DNA of 64,000 nucleotides, from NCBI RefSeq assembly GCF_020745735.1, contig NC_083417.1, positions 49,972,001 through 50,036,000 on the forward strand. Direction: 5' to 3'. Shown one piece after another: positions 36,646 through 50,763 of the stretch. A model generated the notes under the pieces. It was given only the letters and a program-made list of their open reading frames with translations. It made no database searches and was not told where the DNA came from. The translations under genes were made by a program, and so were the position numbers. Every line of letters starts with the position of its first letter. The first letter of the stretch is position 1. This DNA comes from Hemiscyllium ocellatum (Eukaryota).

Positions 36646-37409
36646 GGCAAGTTGAAACTCTACCCACTGTTATGAGTAGTCCAACTGGTATTAGTTTTAT
36701 GGCATGATTGTTTTGGTGTTAATTCTATGTTTTCGAGAAGCTCTCAGTTTATGAATCAGAGCTGTGAATGGATTATTGGTCAATTACCAAAATTGAAAAC
36801 AAAACAAACCCAATCATTAAGTGGTGCATCTGGCTGAAGTAAGCTAATAAACCAATTTGTACATTAAGTAAGAACACAATTAAACATGAGCTTCAATTTT
36901 ACATTGTAGCAGCTTTAAATACTGCTCTCCAGATATTGAATAAGCAACTTCAACCACGAAGATGGTGCAGTGAGTTTGTTGCTTGTCTGATGAAGATAGT
37001 TGGAGTCCCCAACCACTTGCACGTTCAGGTCTCACTTCAATCCTGTCAGTGAATAGTATTTTTTGAGGCCTGATTAATTACAGAGGGCAGGAAGTCTGGT
37101 GGCTCCTCTTATGGATTCACTGACTGTAGAGCAAGGGATCTTGGTGAAGAGATGTGAAGGTTCCCTTTTGGATTGGTGAATTACTTAGTGGGGTAATTTA
37201 AGGATTAATGCACTCATTTGTATGAATAGTTTACAGGAATCCCTAAACAAACCTCTGGTTTGGCTGCTTTATGTACAGTATAAGGGGGTGGAGTATAAAT
37301 AACCCATTCTGTCCCCACTGATTTTCTAAAATTGCATTGAGTCATATTAACATCACTGGATTCAAATTTGCCTTGTCTAATGAAACCCCCAATATGTATT
37401 CCTCCAGTT

Positions 37410-38450
37410 ATAGAGTCCTACAACATGGAGACAGGCCCTTTGACCCAAACTGGTCCATGTTGACCAAAATGTCCATCAATGCTAACCCCATTTTCCTGCA
37501 CTTGCCCATATCCTTCTAGACATTTCCAATGCATGCATTTGCCCAAATGCCTTTTAAGATACCTGCCTCAACCACTTCTGCTGGCAGCTCATTCCATATG
37601 TGTACCACCCTCTGTTTAAAAAACGTTGCCCTCAGGTTCCCATTTATTCTTTCCCCTCTAACCTTAAACTGATGCCCTCTAGTCCTGATATCCCTACCCA
37701 AGGAAAAAGACTGAGTGCATTCACCCTATCTATGCCGGTCATGATCTTATACACTTCTATAAAATCCCCGTCAGTCTCCTACTGTCTAAACAAAAATATC
37801 TTAGCTTGTCCAATCTCTCCCTATAACGCAGTGCCTTGAGTCCTGGCAACATCCTTGTAAATTTCTTCTGCACTCTTTCCAGTTTAATAACATCCTTCCT
37901 ATAGCAAGATGACCAAAACTGAACACAATACTCCAAGTGTGACCTCACCAATATCCTACACAACTGCAACATAACTTCCCAACGTCTATATTCAGTGCCC
38001 TGACTGACAAAGGCCAGTGTGCGAAAAATTTTCTTGACTGCCTTGTCTACATGTAACTCCACTTTCAGACAACCATGCAACTGAACTCCAAGATCCCTGT
38101 GTTCCGCTACACTCCTTAAAGCCCTAGTCTTCACCATAAAACTCCTACCTTGATTTGACTATTCAAAATGCAAGATCTCACACTTATCTATATTAAACTC
38201 CATTTGCCATTTCTCAGCCCACTTCACTAGCTGATCAAGAACCTGCTGTAATTTCTGATGATATTCCACACTGTCCACGATACCACCTATTTGTCATCCT
38301 TAAACTAAAGCATGCCTTTAGTACATTCTTGTCCATATTATTGATGTAGATAGAGAACAGTAACGAGCACAGCAATGACCCCTGAGACACACCACTACTC
38401 ACAGGTCTCCAGTCCGACAGGTATCCTTCCACTATTACTCTGCTTCCTAC
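37410..38450 (-). mobile_element. Degenerate CR1 LINE 3' part
   Basis: ORF remnants HLEYCVQFWS, TRGHQFKV and SGVSQGSLL. Confidence 0.88.
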
Positions 38451-39501
38451 GCATAACAGCTCTGACTCATGCCTTTATCAGCAGTAAGCCATGAAAAATG
38501 TACAGCAATTATTTTTTATTTTATGCAGTTCGAAGGAATTATTTGGTGATACACTAAGACAAAGTCAAAAGTAGGCCAATTCAGTCTACTTTGCCATTCA
38601 ATGAGACTATGGCTAATCTAATAACCTTTAACTCCATTTTGCTGTGTTTTCCCCATAATTCTTGATTCTCTTATGGATTAAAAACATGACACACTTGAGA
38701 AAATGTAGAGACTCTTATTTCAACAGAAATGTGACTGAGTTAGAAGGTGTACTTGTAGTGGTTCCCTCTGTAAATAAACGTAAGATTGAGAAATGATGTA
38801 CTCCACCTTTTTCCAGAATAAAGCGGCCCAATACATCTTATCAAAGCTCCTGCAGTTAGTTACCAAGATGTCATTAGGAACAGGATGATAGATGTTCTAG
38901 TTTTCTTTGTGTCACCGTTACCAGCTATTCTATCCAAACGTGGGGTGTTGGGAGTGGGACGGGGTAGACAGGAGTTAATATCCGTTATATTAACAAGCAG
39001 CAGCAATGATTGATCTGTGTCATTTCTTACCAGCAGTTGGCTTATAGCAGGAAGGGAGAACATGGGAAGAAGGTGGAAATATCCTTTCAGGGGAACATGT
39101 CAACAAGGAATCTCAAATCTTCAATTAACAAATCTGTAGCAATTGTGTAGTTGCAATATGGCAAACTTTATCTTACCAGGCACCTTATGAACCAGCAAAA
39201 ATTTTATGCCCCAAATACCGGGAAAGTTTCTGTATTATTCTGTCTAGTTATTACAGTTTTTATAAATACATTTACCTCAATTTAAATATAGTTTTTTCAA
39301 TCAAATCACTTCACAACATTTCATCAGTTAATTTAATTGAGTCGATTTCTCCTCAAAGTCCGAGGAGTCAATTGAGGGCACAAGTGAGAAGGCTGTCTAC
39401 CAATAAGTTTTATTTAAGGCAGAGTTGCATTATTATTTGGAACTTTGTTTATCTGGACTATTTGATCAACTGATACAATCCTGGTCCCATAGGTGCTGCT
39501 T

Positions 39502-40197
39502 AGACAATTGACAATAGACAATAGGTGCAGGAGTAGGCCATTCAGCCCTTTGAGCCAGCACCATCATTCATTATGATCATGGCTGATCATCCACAATCCG
39601 TATCCTGTTCCTGCCGTATCCCCATAACCCTTGATTCCACTATCTTTAAGAGCTCTATCCATCTCTTTCTTGAAAGTATCCAGAGACTTGGCCTCCACTG
39701 CCTTCTGGGGCAGAGCATTCCATACACCCACCACTCTCTGGTTGAAGAAATTTCTCCTCAATTTTGTTCTAAATGGCCTACTTATTTTTAAAGTGTCTCC
39801 CCTGGTTCTAGACTCACACATCAGCGAAAACATGCTTCCTGCCTCCAGAGTGTCCAATCCTTTAATAACCTTATCAGTCTCAATCAGATCCCCTCTCATC
39901 CTTCTAAACTCATGTATATAAGAACAGTCACTCTAATCTTTCAACGTATGATAGGCCCACTATATCGGGAATTGACCTCGTGAATCTACGCTGCACTCCC
40001 TCAATAGCCAGAATGTCCTTCCTCAAATTTGGAGACCAAAACTGCACACACTACTCCAGGTGCAGTCTCACCAGGGTCCTGTACAGCTGCAGAAGGACCT
40101 CTTTGCTCTTATACTCAATTCCACTTGTTATGAAGGCCAGCATGGCATTAGCTTTCTTCACTGCCTGCTGCACCTGCATGCTTGCTTTCATTGACTG
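39502..40197 (-). mobile_element. CR1 LINE 3' part (third subfamily)
   Basis: MRGDLIET...FFNQRVVGVWNALP. Tail (gacaata)n on the + strand. Confidence 0.88.
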
Positions 40198-40301
40198 CTT
40201 AATCTGAAGTTTGCTGTGTATTGGATATGGTTGACATTAGTGTCATCATATATCATTGACTGCAGATTGCTTCAAACTTATAAGAATATCTAAAAAGAAT
40301 A

Positions 40302-40517
40302 CAGGTCATTCTGCTATAACACACATTTCATTCGCGCAAATTGGCTATAAAAAAATTAACGAATTGGATAACGCAAACTTTCTACCGAACAGGTATAGCG
40401 ATTTTCTATTAACGATCTTCTACAGTGTGATTTTCTAAAGTGGTTTTTCACAGAACGATTTTCTATAGCGTGAGGTTGCTGAGGAACACAACGGTCGCGT
40501 TATAGCAGAACAACCTA
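40302..40517. mobile_element. Tc1/mariner-pogo type MITE
   Basis: TIRs caggtcattctgctataac and gttatagcagaacaaccta, with TA on both sides. Internal gattttcta repeats. Confidence 0.75.
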
Positions 40518-40915
40518 TAGCGCCTTCCGTGACCTAACGATGCAGGAAAATGATTTACAGCCAAGAAAGTATTCTTTGAAATTTAGTCATTGATGAATTA
40601 TAGGGAATATAGCAGTAATTTGTAGGCAGCAACAATGTGGGAATAACCAGACAATCATTTTTTGTGACATTGATTAATTGAAAAGTATTAGTCAGGACAG
40701 TGTGGATTTCTCTCATGTTGTTTTTCAAAATTGTGCCATAAGTGGTTTCTTTTTATGTTCAGCTGAGCAGGCAGAGTCTTGCTGTAACATTTTATCTAAA
40801 CAATTGCAACTCTTATAGTCCATTTTGTCTTCAGTATTCCAAAAGTGCCAGCTTAGATTTTTGTACGGAAATGCATTGTTGGGATTTGAACCCATTGCCT
40901 TCAGAGTGAGTGAGA
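40518..40915 (-). mobile_element. Degenerate Deu-domain SINE; the MITE sits at the TA of its tail
   Basis: tagcgccttccgtgacc...tttacagccaagaaagta...accagacaatc...ttcaaaattgtgccat...gggatttgaaccca (B box on the minus strand). Confidence 0.6.
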
Positions 40916-41026
40916 CAACGTAACGACTAGGAGCAGGACTAGGCGATTCAGCCCCTGGATCTTGCTCTGTCATTTGATATGATATCATTCCAGGCTCAAC
41001 TCCACTTCCCTGCCCACTTGCCATAA

Positions 41027-44000
41027 CTGTGCAGGGATCCTCTGGGGCCGTTCCCCTCAATAATAAGTATACCGCTTTGGATACTTTTGAGGGGGGGACT
41101 ACCACAGGAAAGCCCATAGTGGCCAGGTCTCTGGCACTGAGCCTTGCTTTGTGGCTCAGAAGGGAACTGGGGAGAATAGAAAACTGCTAGTGGTAGGAGA
41201 CTCGTAGTTAAAGGAACAGACATGAGATTCTGTGGTCGCGAACGGGTCTCCCAGAAGATATGTTGCCTCCCAGGTGCCCACGTCTGGGATGTCTCTGATC
41301 AAGTCTACAAGATTCTGAAGCTGGAGTTGGAAGTTATGGTGCACATTGACAATGTGGAAAAGGGATGCGGATCTAAAAATTGATTTCAGGGAGTTAGGTT
41401 GGATGTTAAAATGCAGGATGAACGAATTAGTAATCCTAGGATTACTATCGGTGCCACATGCTAGTGAGGTGAGGAACAGGCAGCAAGTGCAGCTAAACAC
41501 ATGACTACAGGGCTGATGCAGGAGGGAGGGTTTCTGAGACGTAGATCATTGGGGTACCTTCTGGGGAAGGTGGGACCTGTACATGAAGGACAGGTTGCAC
41601 TTAAACTGGAAGGGCCCCATGTCCTGGGTGGGAGGATTGCTAGAGCACACTAGGATGGTTTAAACTAGTTTGGCAGAGGGATGGGAACCAGAGCTACAGA
41701 TCAGAGGAGAGAGTAGTTGTTGAATAGGCAGAAATAGAATGCAGAGTGTCTTTCAGGAAGGATACAAAGTTGATAGGGTAAAGGGATAGGTAAAAGTGTG
41801 TTTGTTTTAATACGAGGAGTGTCAGGAATAAGATTTAAAAAATCACACAACACCAGGTTATAGTCCAACAGGTTAATTTGGAAGCACTGCTCCGAAAGCT
41901 ATTGCTTCCAAATAAACCTGTTGGACGATAACCTGGTGTTGTGTGATTTTTAACTTTGTCCACCCCAGTTCAACCACCAGCTCCTCCACATCAGGAATAA
42001 GAGTGATAAGATTTAGAGCATGGATCAGTTCTTGGAACTACAATGTTGTGGCCATAACAGCGACACGGATTTCACAGGGGCAGGAATGTTCCAGGGTTTA
42101 GATCTTTTTAAAAAGAACAAGGTGTGGGGTAAAAGTGGAGGGGGAGTAGCATTGTTAATTAGAGAGTGCATCATAGCTGCAGAAAAGGAGATTGTTGAGG
42201 AGGGTTGTCTACTGAGTATGGTGGAAGTCAGTAACAGTAAAGGAGCAGTCACTTTATTGGGTGTTTTCTATAGACCTTCCATTAGCAGCAGAGAGACGGA
42301 GGAACAGATTGGACAGCAGATCTTGGAAAGTTGCAGATGTAGCAGTTGTTGACTTTAACTTGCCCAATATTAATTGGAACCTCCTTAGTAGAGATGGAAC
42401 AGATTTGTCAGGTGTATCCAGGAAGGATTCCTGACTCAATATGTAGATAGGCCGACTCGGGGAGGGGAGGGGGACACCATATTGGATTTGGTGCTAGGCA
42501 ATGGGCCAGGCCAGGTGTCAGATCTCTCAGTGGGAGAGCATTTTGATGACAGTGATCACAACTGCCTCACCTTTACCATAGCCATGGAGAGGGATAGGAA
42601 CAGACAGTATGGGAAGGTATTTAATTGGGGGGAGAGGAAATTATACTACTATTAGACAGGAGTTGTGGAGTATAAATTGGGAATAATTGTTCTACAGGGA
42701 ATGCACAACAGAAATGTGGAGGCTGTTCAAGGAGCACTTGTTGCGAGTGTTGGATAACGTTGTCCCATTGAGGCAGGCAAGGAATGGTAAGGTGAAGTAG
42801 CCTTGAATGACAACAGAAGAGGAGTTTCCCGTCAAAAGGATGAAAGAAGCTTACTTAAGGTTGAAGAAGTAAGGATGTAGCATAGCTTTAGAGGATCACA
42901 GATTAGCTAGGAAATAACTTAAAAGGGGATTGAGGAGAGCTAGGAGTGGGCATGAGAAAGCCTAGATGGAAAGGATAAGCAAAAACCCTATACTTATAAG
43001 GAATAAGAGAATGATCAGAGAGAGGGTAGGGCCGATCAGGGATAGCGGAGGGAACTTGTCTGAAGAGGTAGGGGAGGCCCTAAATGAGCTTTTTGCTTCA
43101 GTGTTCATTAGAGAGAGGAACCTTGTTGATAGTGAAAACACTGTGGACCAGGTTAATAGGCTTGAACAGATTGAAATTAAGAAAGTGAATGTGCTAGAAA
43201 TTCTGGGAAGCATCAAGATAGATAAGTTTCTGGGGCTGGACCAGATATATCCAAGGTTACTACGGGAAGTGAGGAATGAGATTGCTGCGCCTCTGGTGAT
43301 CTTTGCATCCACACTCTCCACGGGATTAGTACCGGATGTTGGAGGGGGGTGAATGTTGTTCTCGTGTTCAAGAAAGGGAATAGGGAAATCCCTGGGAATT
43401 ACAGACCAGTCAGTCTTACATCTGTGGTAAGCAACGTACTGGAAAGGTTTCTGAGAGAAAGGATTTATGACTATTTGGAAAAACATAGTTTGATTAAAGG
43501 TAGCCAGCGTGGCTTTGTCGGAGGCAGGTCATGCCTCACAAGCCTATTGAGTTCTTTGAGGATGTGGCGAGATAAGCTGACAAACTTCGAGTAGTAGATA
43601 TGGTGTATATGGATCTCAGTAAGGCATTTGATAAGGTTCCCCGTGGTAGGCTCATTCAGAAAGTTAGGAGATATGGGATACAGGAAAATTTGGCTGTCTA
43701 GATACAGACTTGGCTGGCCGAAAGAAGACAGTGAGTGGTAGTGGATGGAAAGTGTTCTGGCTGGAGGTCGCTGACCAATGGTGTCCCGCTGGGATCTGTT
43801 TTTGGGCCTCTGCTCTTTGTAGTTTTTATAGCTGACTTGGATGAAGAAATGAAAGATTGCATTAGTAGGTTTGCCAATGGCACAAAGGTTAATGCTTTTG
43901 TAGGTCGTGCCGAGGGTGTGTTGCAGGCTACAACAAGATATTGACAGGATGTGGAGCTGAGCGGAGAAGTGGTAGATGGAGTTCAACCTGGATAAATGCA

Positions 44001-44727
44001 AAGTGATTCATTTTGGAAGGTCGAATTGGAATGCTGAATACAGGGTTAAAGACAGGATTCTTCATAATTTGGAGGAACAGTGGGATCTTGGGGTCCACAT
44101 CAATAAATCCCTCAAATTTGCCACCCAAGTTGATAGGGCTGTTCAGAAGGCGTATGACGTTTTAGCTTTCATTAACAGCGGGATTGAGTTTAAGCCGTGG
44201 TTAGACAACACTTGGAATATTGTGTCGAGTTCTGGTCACCTCATTATAGGAAGGATGTAGATGCTTCAGAGACGGTGTCCTGCAGATTTACCAGGATGCT
44301 GTGTGGATTGGAAGGCTTGTCTTATGAAGAGAGGTTGAGTGAGCAAGGGCTTTTCACATTGGAGAGAAGAAGAAAGAGAGGTGACTTGTTAGAGGGGTAC
44401 AAGGTAATGTGAGGCATAGATAGAGTAGATAGACAGAAACTTCTCCCAGGGCAGAAATGGATGTCACAAGGGGTCATAATTTTAAGATGATTGGAGGAAG
44501 GTATAAGGGAGATGCCAGAGGTAGGTTTTTTACACAGAGAGTGTAAAGAGGTAGCTGCATGGAATGCACTGCCAGCGGTGATAGTAGAGTCAGAGATATT
44601 AGGGACATGTAAGTAACTGCTGGAAATTTACATAGATAGCAGTAAATCGCAGGTTGATCTTGGATTAAGATGAGTGCTTGGCACAACATCGTGGGCCAAA
44701 GAGCCTATACTGTGCTATACTGTTCTA
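41027..44727 (+). mobile_element. Long degenerate CR1 LINE: ORF1 SGNH-esterase part plus ORF2 (APE endonuclease and RT)
   Basis: ORF1 remnants VVGDS, CCLPGA and WDLYMKDRLHLN at ~41190-41610. ORF2 remnants GGGVALLI, GVFYRP, DSDHN, PGNYRPVSLTS and LEYCVEFWSP. Many stops and frameshifts. Confidence 0.9.
41834..41990. mobile_element. Penelope-like mini fold-back insertion (third family) near the start of CR1 ORF2
   Basis: ~50-nt inverted arms aaaaatcacacaacaccagg...ggaagca and tgcttcc...tgtgattttt around a half hammerhead (gctccgaaagcta), then a tail. 12-bp duplication tcaggaataaga at 41822-41833 and 41991-42002. Confidence 0.82.
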
Positions 44728-44729
44728 CA

Positions 44730-46980
44730 ACCCTTCAACCCATTACTAATTAAAACTCTGTCCATCTTCTTCTTAAATTTACTCAATGTTCCAGCATCTA
44801 GCATGCTCTGAGGTATTGAATTCCATAGATTCATGATCCTTTTGAGAGAAGAAATGTTGCCTAAGCAGTTTGAAATCTGCTATCCCTTATCCAAAAACAA
44901 TGACCTCTCATTCTAGATTGTCCTACATGACGAAATGGCTACTGTGTCAATCCCCTTTAGCACCTTATATGCTTCAATTAGATTTCCCTTCATTCTTCTA
45001 TACACCAAACAGTGGAGGCCTAAACTGCTCATCTCTCGTCATACGACAAACACTTCATCTTTTAAATCAATCTAGTGAACCTCTTCTGAACTGCTTTAAA
45101 TACAACTACATCCCTCCTCAAGTAAGGGGACCAAAACTGAATTCATTACTCCAGATGTGGTTTCATTAATGCCTTGTACAGTTGCTGCAACACTTCTCTA
45201 CTTTTATATTCTAGTTTTACAATAAATGCCAAAAATCCATTTGCTTTCTTTATTGCCTGCTACATACCAGTTCAGTGTGATTCATTTACAAAGACACTCA
45301 GATCCCCCTGCACTGAAACACAGCTCAGTCACTGCTTATTATATTGCTTCTATTGAGAAATAACCATGAACAACGCATTCAGTGCACACTGCAGGTAAAT
45401 ATTGACCGGGCATAAAGGGGACATTTGACCAGCAGGCAAAGTTGAGGAAGGCAGGTACTGCATGATTACCCTTTGGCCATCCATCTGTCCAACAGTTGGA
45501 AGATTTTGGAAACAGTTGGTGGGGAGGGGAATGGCTCAGAGCACAGCAGTGGAAGTCAAGTCCATGGTACTATGGGTGGCTCAGGGGAAAGAAAAGAATG
45601 GCAGGGCTATAGCGATAGGGATTTCAATAATAATGGACACAGGCATTTTTGTGGCTGCAGAAGAGACTCCAGCATGGTATGTCACCTTCCTGATGCCAGG
45701 GTCAAAGATATTTCAGAGTCTTTAAGGTATTCTGAAGGGAGAGGGTGAACAGCCAGTGAACATGGTGCCTAGTAGTACCAATGATAAAGGTAGAAGAAGG
45801 GGACATGGTTTTCCAAGCAGAATATATGGAGTTAGGATATCAATTTTACCAAATAGGACCTCAAAGAACCTCAGGGTGGCTACCTGTACCATGTGCTAGT
45901 GAGAATAAAAGTGACAGGATTTACCAGAAGAATACATGATTGTAGAAATGGTGTAGGAATGAGGGCGTCAGATTCCTGGTACATTGGAATGGATGCAAGT
46001 AGGTTGGGTTACTGGTGTTGTCAGGAAGCGTTTAACCTCGAATGGCAGAGGTTGGGAACCTGAGCAGGGAGAAAAAAAGAAAGGAAAAGAAGGATGTAAA
46101 CAAACAGCAGAAAGGTAATATGATAGAATTCTTCATTGAAATGGAGCGTGAAATAGTCAAGACCAAAACTAATGTCCTGAATCTAAGAGTATGAAGAGCA
46201 ATTGGTAAGGGTGGATTGGGAACCTTACTAAAGGGGTGATGGTGGTGGATAGTGGTTCATGTTTAAAGATCCTTTGCATAGATTACAACAATTATTCATT
46301 CCTGTCAGACACAAAAATAAAAGATGAAAAGTGGCTCAAACATAGCTTACAAAAGAAATTAGAGATACTATTAGGACAAATGAGGAGACATATAAAATTG
46401 CTAGAGAAAGCAGCAAGCCTGAGGTTTGGGAGCATTTAAAATTCAAAAAAGGACCAGAAGTCTGACCAAGATGGGGCAAATAGATTATAAGGATAAAATA
46501 ACAGGAAACTAAAACTAAATTGAAGCCTCTTTAAATAAAGAGAAAAAGATGAGTAAAGACAAAGATAGGTCCCCTACATTCTTACATCTTACTTATGTCA
46601 TGCTGGGCTATGGGCCATGTGCAGGAATATGGGATTAGAAAGAACATATGGGTATCCTTGGGTTGGCCAAATGACTCCCTTCTGTGCTGTATCATTTCTC
46701 TGCTTTCTATAGGTGAGGAAACCAAATGCAACAATACAAACAACAAAGTTTGCTGAAAATATAAAACTGGGTGGGAATGTAAGTTGTGAGGAGGATGCAA
46801 GGAGGTTTCAAACTTACTTAGGCAAGCTGAAGGAGTGAGTAAATATGGTACACCATGGCTAAATGTGAAGTTATAGACATTGGCATGAAAAATAGAAAGC
46901 ATAAATGATGATATATTAGGAAGTGTGGATGTACAAAGAGGTCTGGGTGTCCTTGTACATCAGCCAATGAAAGGCAGATA
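44730..46980. mobile_element. Cluster of old CR1 fragments (minus-strand 3' end at ~44730-45320; plus-strand ORF1/ORF2 remnants after it)
   Basis: Remnants FCGCRRDSSMVCHLPDARVKD (ORF1 esterase-like) and RT-region nucleotide similarity to the other copies. Confidence 0.6.
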
Positions 46981-46990
46981 CATTATATTC

Positions 46991-47311
46991 GATTCCCTAC
47001 AGTATGGAAACAGGCCCTTCAACCCATCAAGTCCACACTGACCCTCCAAAGAGTAACCCACCCAGACCCATTCTCCTACCCTGTATTTACCCCTGACTAA
47101 TGCACCTTACACTATGGACAATTTAGTATGACCAATTCACCTTGCCTGTACATCTCTGGACTGTGGGAGGAGATTGGAGCACCCGGAGGAAATCCACTCA
47201 GACACAGGGAGAATGTGCAAACTCCGCACAGGCAGTCGACCGAGGCTGGAATCGAACCTGGGTCTCTGGCGCTGTGAGGCAGCAGTGCAAACCACTGTGC
47301 CACCGTACTGC
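46991..47311 (-). mobile_element. HE1-type V-SINE
   Basis: Reverse complement of the tRNA head, V core and CR1-like tail. Confidence 0.85.
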
Positions 47312-49257
47312 AAATAGTATAGTGGCCTTCACTGATTTGATTTCAGAAGTAAGGGATGCCTCACTGCAGTCATACAGGCCTTGCTGAGTCCGCAGCTGGA
47401 ATACAGTTTTTGAACTCCATACTAATAAAGGATGTATTTGTCATAGAGAGGATAGGGTGGAGGTTCAGTCCTGTCCTATGAGGAGACATTGGTTCAACTT
47501 GGGCCTCCTGCTGCTCCTCATTTCTATCTAAGTTGAGACTAATGTACGTAGAGTGGCTTCTTATCAGAGTTGAGAAGTGGAAAACAGGTGAGGCAATTCT
47601 GAAAGTTAGTAATAGATTATACTAAATTTTAAATGTTAAAAGACTTAAGATTGTAGGGAAAAGGAAGAATAGAATGAAGTAAGGAATTTTACAGACTTGA
47701 AATGTTGGGAAAAAATTAATTAGCACAGCTGTGCACCTTGATTTTGTGCAGGGAAGAAGAAATTGGCATTGGTGATGTGATACTTGATGGATTAAATAAT
47801 ACTTGATGGATTAAAGCAAAATTTCAAGTGAATTAAAACAAGTAAAATTCAAATGTTTTGAAAAGCTACAATCGGAATTTCCTTTGAGTTTTTCAATTTC
47901 AATGGAAGATCAATGGAAACATTGTTATGCATGAATTTGCGGTTTCTGCTGAAGGTATGGCTGCCAGCTGGAAAAAACCACAAGATCAAAGTTTCGCAAG
48001 ATTTGCCAGGACTTCTGTTTACAATGTGGACAAGCTGAACAGACTACAGCTGCAACACTTTCACTCACTTGCAGTCTTCGGCCCATACCCTTGGCACAGT
48101 AGGCTGCAATATTATGCTTGCCACGCCAAATGACCTTGTGAAGAAAACATTAGAGACTTAACCAACTAATTGACTGAATCCACGAATATTAAATTAACCA
48201 AACTCTGCTTATGAAGAATGAGGATGGTAAACACTGTTTTAAAAAATAATGGGAGAACTCACATAGCTCTTTTAATTTTTTTTTCTGGAGACATATTTAG
48301 GATTGCTAATAGTGGAATGAATATAATAATTGTTCAACTAAACAAACAAAAAAGTTGGCCTCTAACAAGAAACCAAATAAGATCTTTAAATAGTCACAAG
48401 GAGAGATGCAGTAGCACAATCCAACTCTCCAGGTCTCACATTAGTCAGACATTCTGAAACTGAAATAAAGTGTTTGTTTAACAAACATTTATTTCTTAAT
48501 TACTTTGAATTAGTGTTGGCATCTGCTGGAACTTTGATCAAAGTGAGTTTTTGAAGAATATTTTCAGTTTTATTTTTAGCTACTGTATTTATAGCTGAGA
48601 TATATTTAAAGCTCATTATGTACCGAGCATACTCAGACTTTCAAAGTTAGCAATAAGTACACAATTTACATATTTTACATTTCCATTATGCGTCATTTCA
48701 TTGAATATTGTGGACAGTATAAAATCTCTATTAATCTTGTTCATCTTTGTTAACAAATATGTTTCATCCCATCACTGAGCAAATGTAATGTGTATAGTCT
48801 TGGTTGGTGAGACGAAGTATCCAATTTTTGCAAATGTCTAGGAAGCATTTTGGGAAGGATTTCTGACTATGGAGATTCTAATAAGGTTATGAGTCAGTTA
48901 TCTTCATTTTTGAAAATGCATTCTTTTCACATTGGAACAGAGGCAAGTATCAAGTGCTGGTGGGATGGATAGCTGCTTGAAGGGAAACTGATGACATTCT
49001 ATGCAAATACACATTCATTCTTTGTTACATTCTGATGCAACAAGGCTGAGTAATTGAATATATGTGATGTTTTAGTTGCACTTTGAGAATTTGCACTCAG
49101 ACATTTTAGGGTGGCTTGGGTAAATTGTCTCATATGGACTGATATGACGTTATATAATGGAAACAATCAGAAGCAGGAGGACTTGAGAGATTTCCTGGAG
49201 CATTGGCATGGATGCAGCATCCACTTGTCAGTATATGGTGTCCATATTAGTACAGAT

Positions 49258-50031
49258 GTGGGGCTGGTTAGTTCAGTTGTGTGGGTGACTGGTTTACGAT
49301 GCAGTGACACCAACAGCTCCGGTTCAATTGCCCTACTAGTTACAGTGACCAGGAAGGGCTCCCCTTCTTGATCTGTCCCCTCACCTAAGGCATGGCAACC
49401 TTTGGGCTGAACCACTACCAATCATCTCTCTCTAATGAGAGGGCAGCACTATGGTCTTGTGACTGTGCTGCCACTTTAAAAGATTATTTTGTCTTTTTGG
49501 GGGGTAGAGAGGTAACAGAGATACTGCACTGGCTACTCAAGATGACTTAATTAAACAACTTGTGAAGCCTTTGGGATCTGAAAGAGTTGGAAGCTTCAAT
49601 GAATGATTTCTAGCTGCTATTCTCTCTGAACCTTCTCTTGATATTTTTTCCTTCTGGGATTGGAGAACTGCATGTACAAATTGGTGTCTGAATTTGCCTT
49701 TTTGCTAAAGAGTGTGTATGTAGGATGTCACTCTATTGGAACAGTTAAGCAGTAATGGATACTGTATCTATTATTTGGTTAAGTTTTCCAGTAGTTAAGT
49801 TATTCTAAATCTCTATTTCTTGTGATTGAATTTTAACTATATAGTCTAAATAGATTGTGTTTTATGTAATGTCAAATAGTTTGAACAGTTGCATCGCATC
49901 TGGAACACGGCACTTCACATCGACCTTTTAAAGTAAGAAAAAGTTAGGATCTTAGGCTACCTTCTTAAAATATTTTGAGGGGTTCTGGTATGATCCATAA
50001 TGGTCTGATGAGATTATGGTGACTTTACCTT
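49258..50031 (+). mobile_element. Family-2 SINE split by a solo LTR (~49458-50002)
   Basis: The SINE body breaks at gcactatggtct and resumes gtctgatgagattatggtgactttacctt. The insert starts tgtgac and ends ccataatg, with gtct on both sides. Confidence 0.6.
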
Positions 50032-50663
50032 CAGTATTGATTTTAATATAGTGTCCAGCATTTTCTTTTTTAAAAAAAAACACATTTCCCACTTGATGCA
50101 AATCCTAGTACTATAATCTTCAACAACATTCCATCCAGTTCCCTGAGGCAGGATAATTCTGTACTGAGTTTTTGAGCTGAATCTGAAAAGAGTGTATATG
50201 CCTGGGCTGTTTATGTGTTTTATTCCAGATTAGTGGACCTTTACAGTTCCATATTCGTTAGAAAACTGTTACGTAATGTGGCTCATCTGTATAATACTAA
50301 ATGAAATCGCACATTAGTCATACAAGTCGATCATCACAAATCAACTCCATAGAATGTTAATGACTTCATCCTGTGAAAGGGAAGTGCTTATGGTTAATAT
50401 TAATATTTAGGAACTCAAATTTATATGTGCAGTTCAAAATATGAATATTGTTAATTATCCCATTACATAAAACTAGTGACTGCTCCACAGTAGTACAGAT
50501 TGCAGACAGTGAATTGAAGGTTTTTTGATGTTAACTTTTCAGCAAAACATTGGATATTGTCAAAATGGTTTAATTTTGGGCTTTTATAATTTTTAGCATT
50601 TGTTACCAAGAACAATCTATTGAAAACATTAAATATGAATTGTACTTTTTTAACTTCTTATAG

Positions 50664-50763
50664 GGTGGAATTTATGTGCTGACGTTACTAGATCAATTTG
50701 CCGCAGGGACAGCAATCCTATTTGGGGTATTAATAGAAGCCATTGGTGTATCTTGGTTTTATG
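50664..50763 (+). CDS. slc6a2: NET-like transporter internal exon, TM10; 100 nt, phase 0-1
   Basis: Acceptor taacttcttatag| and donor |gtaagt. Translates [33 protein letters not shown](G). Missed by the ORF track. Confidence 0.93.
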
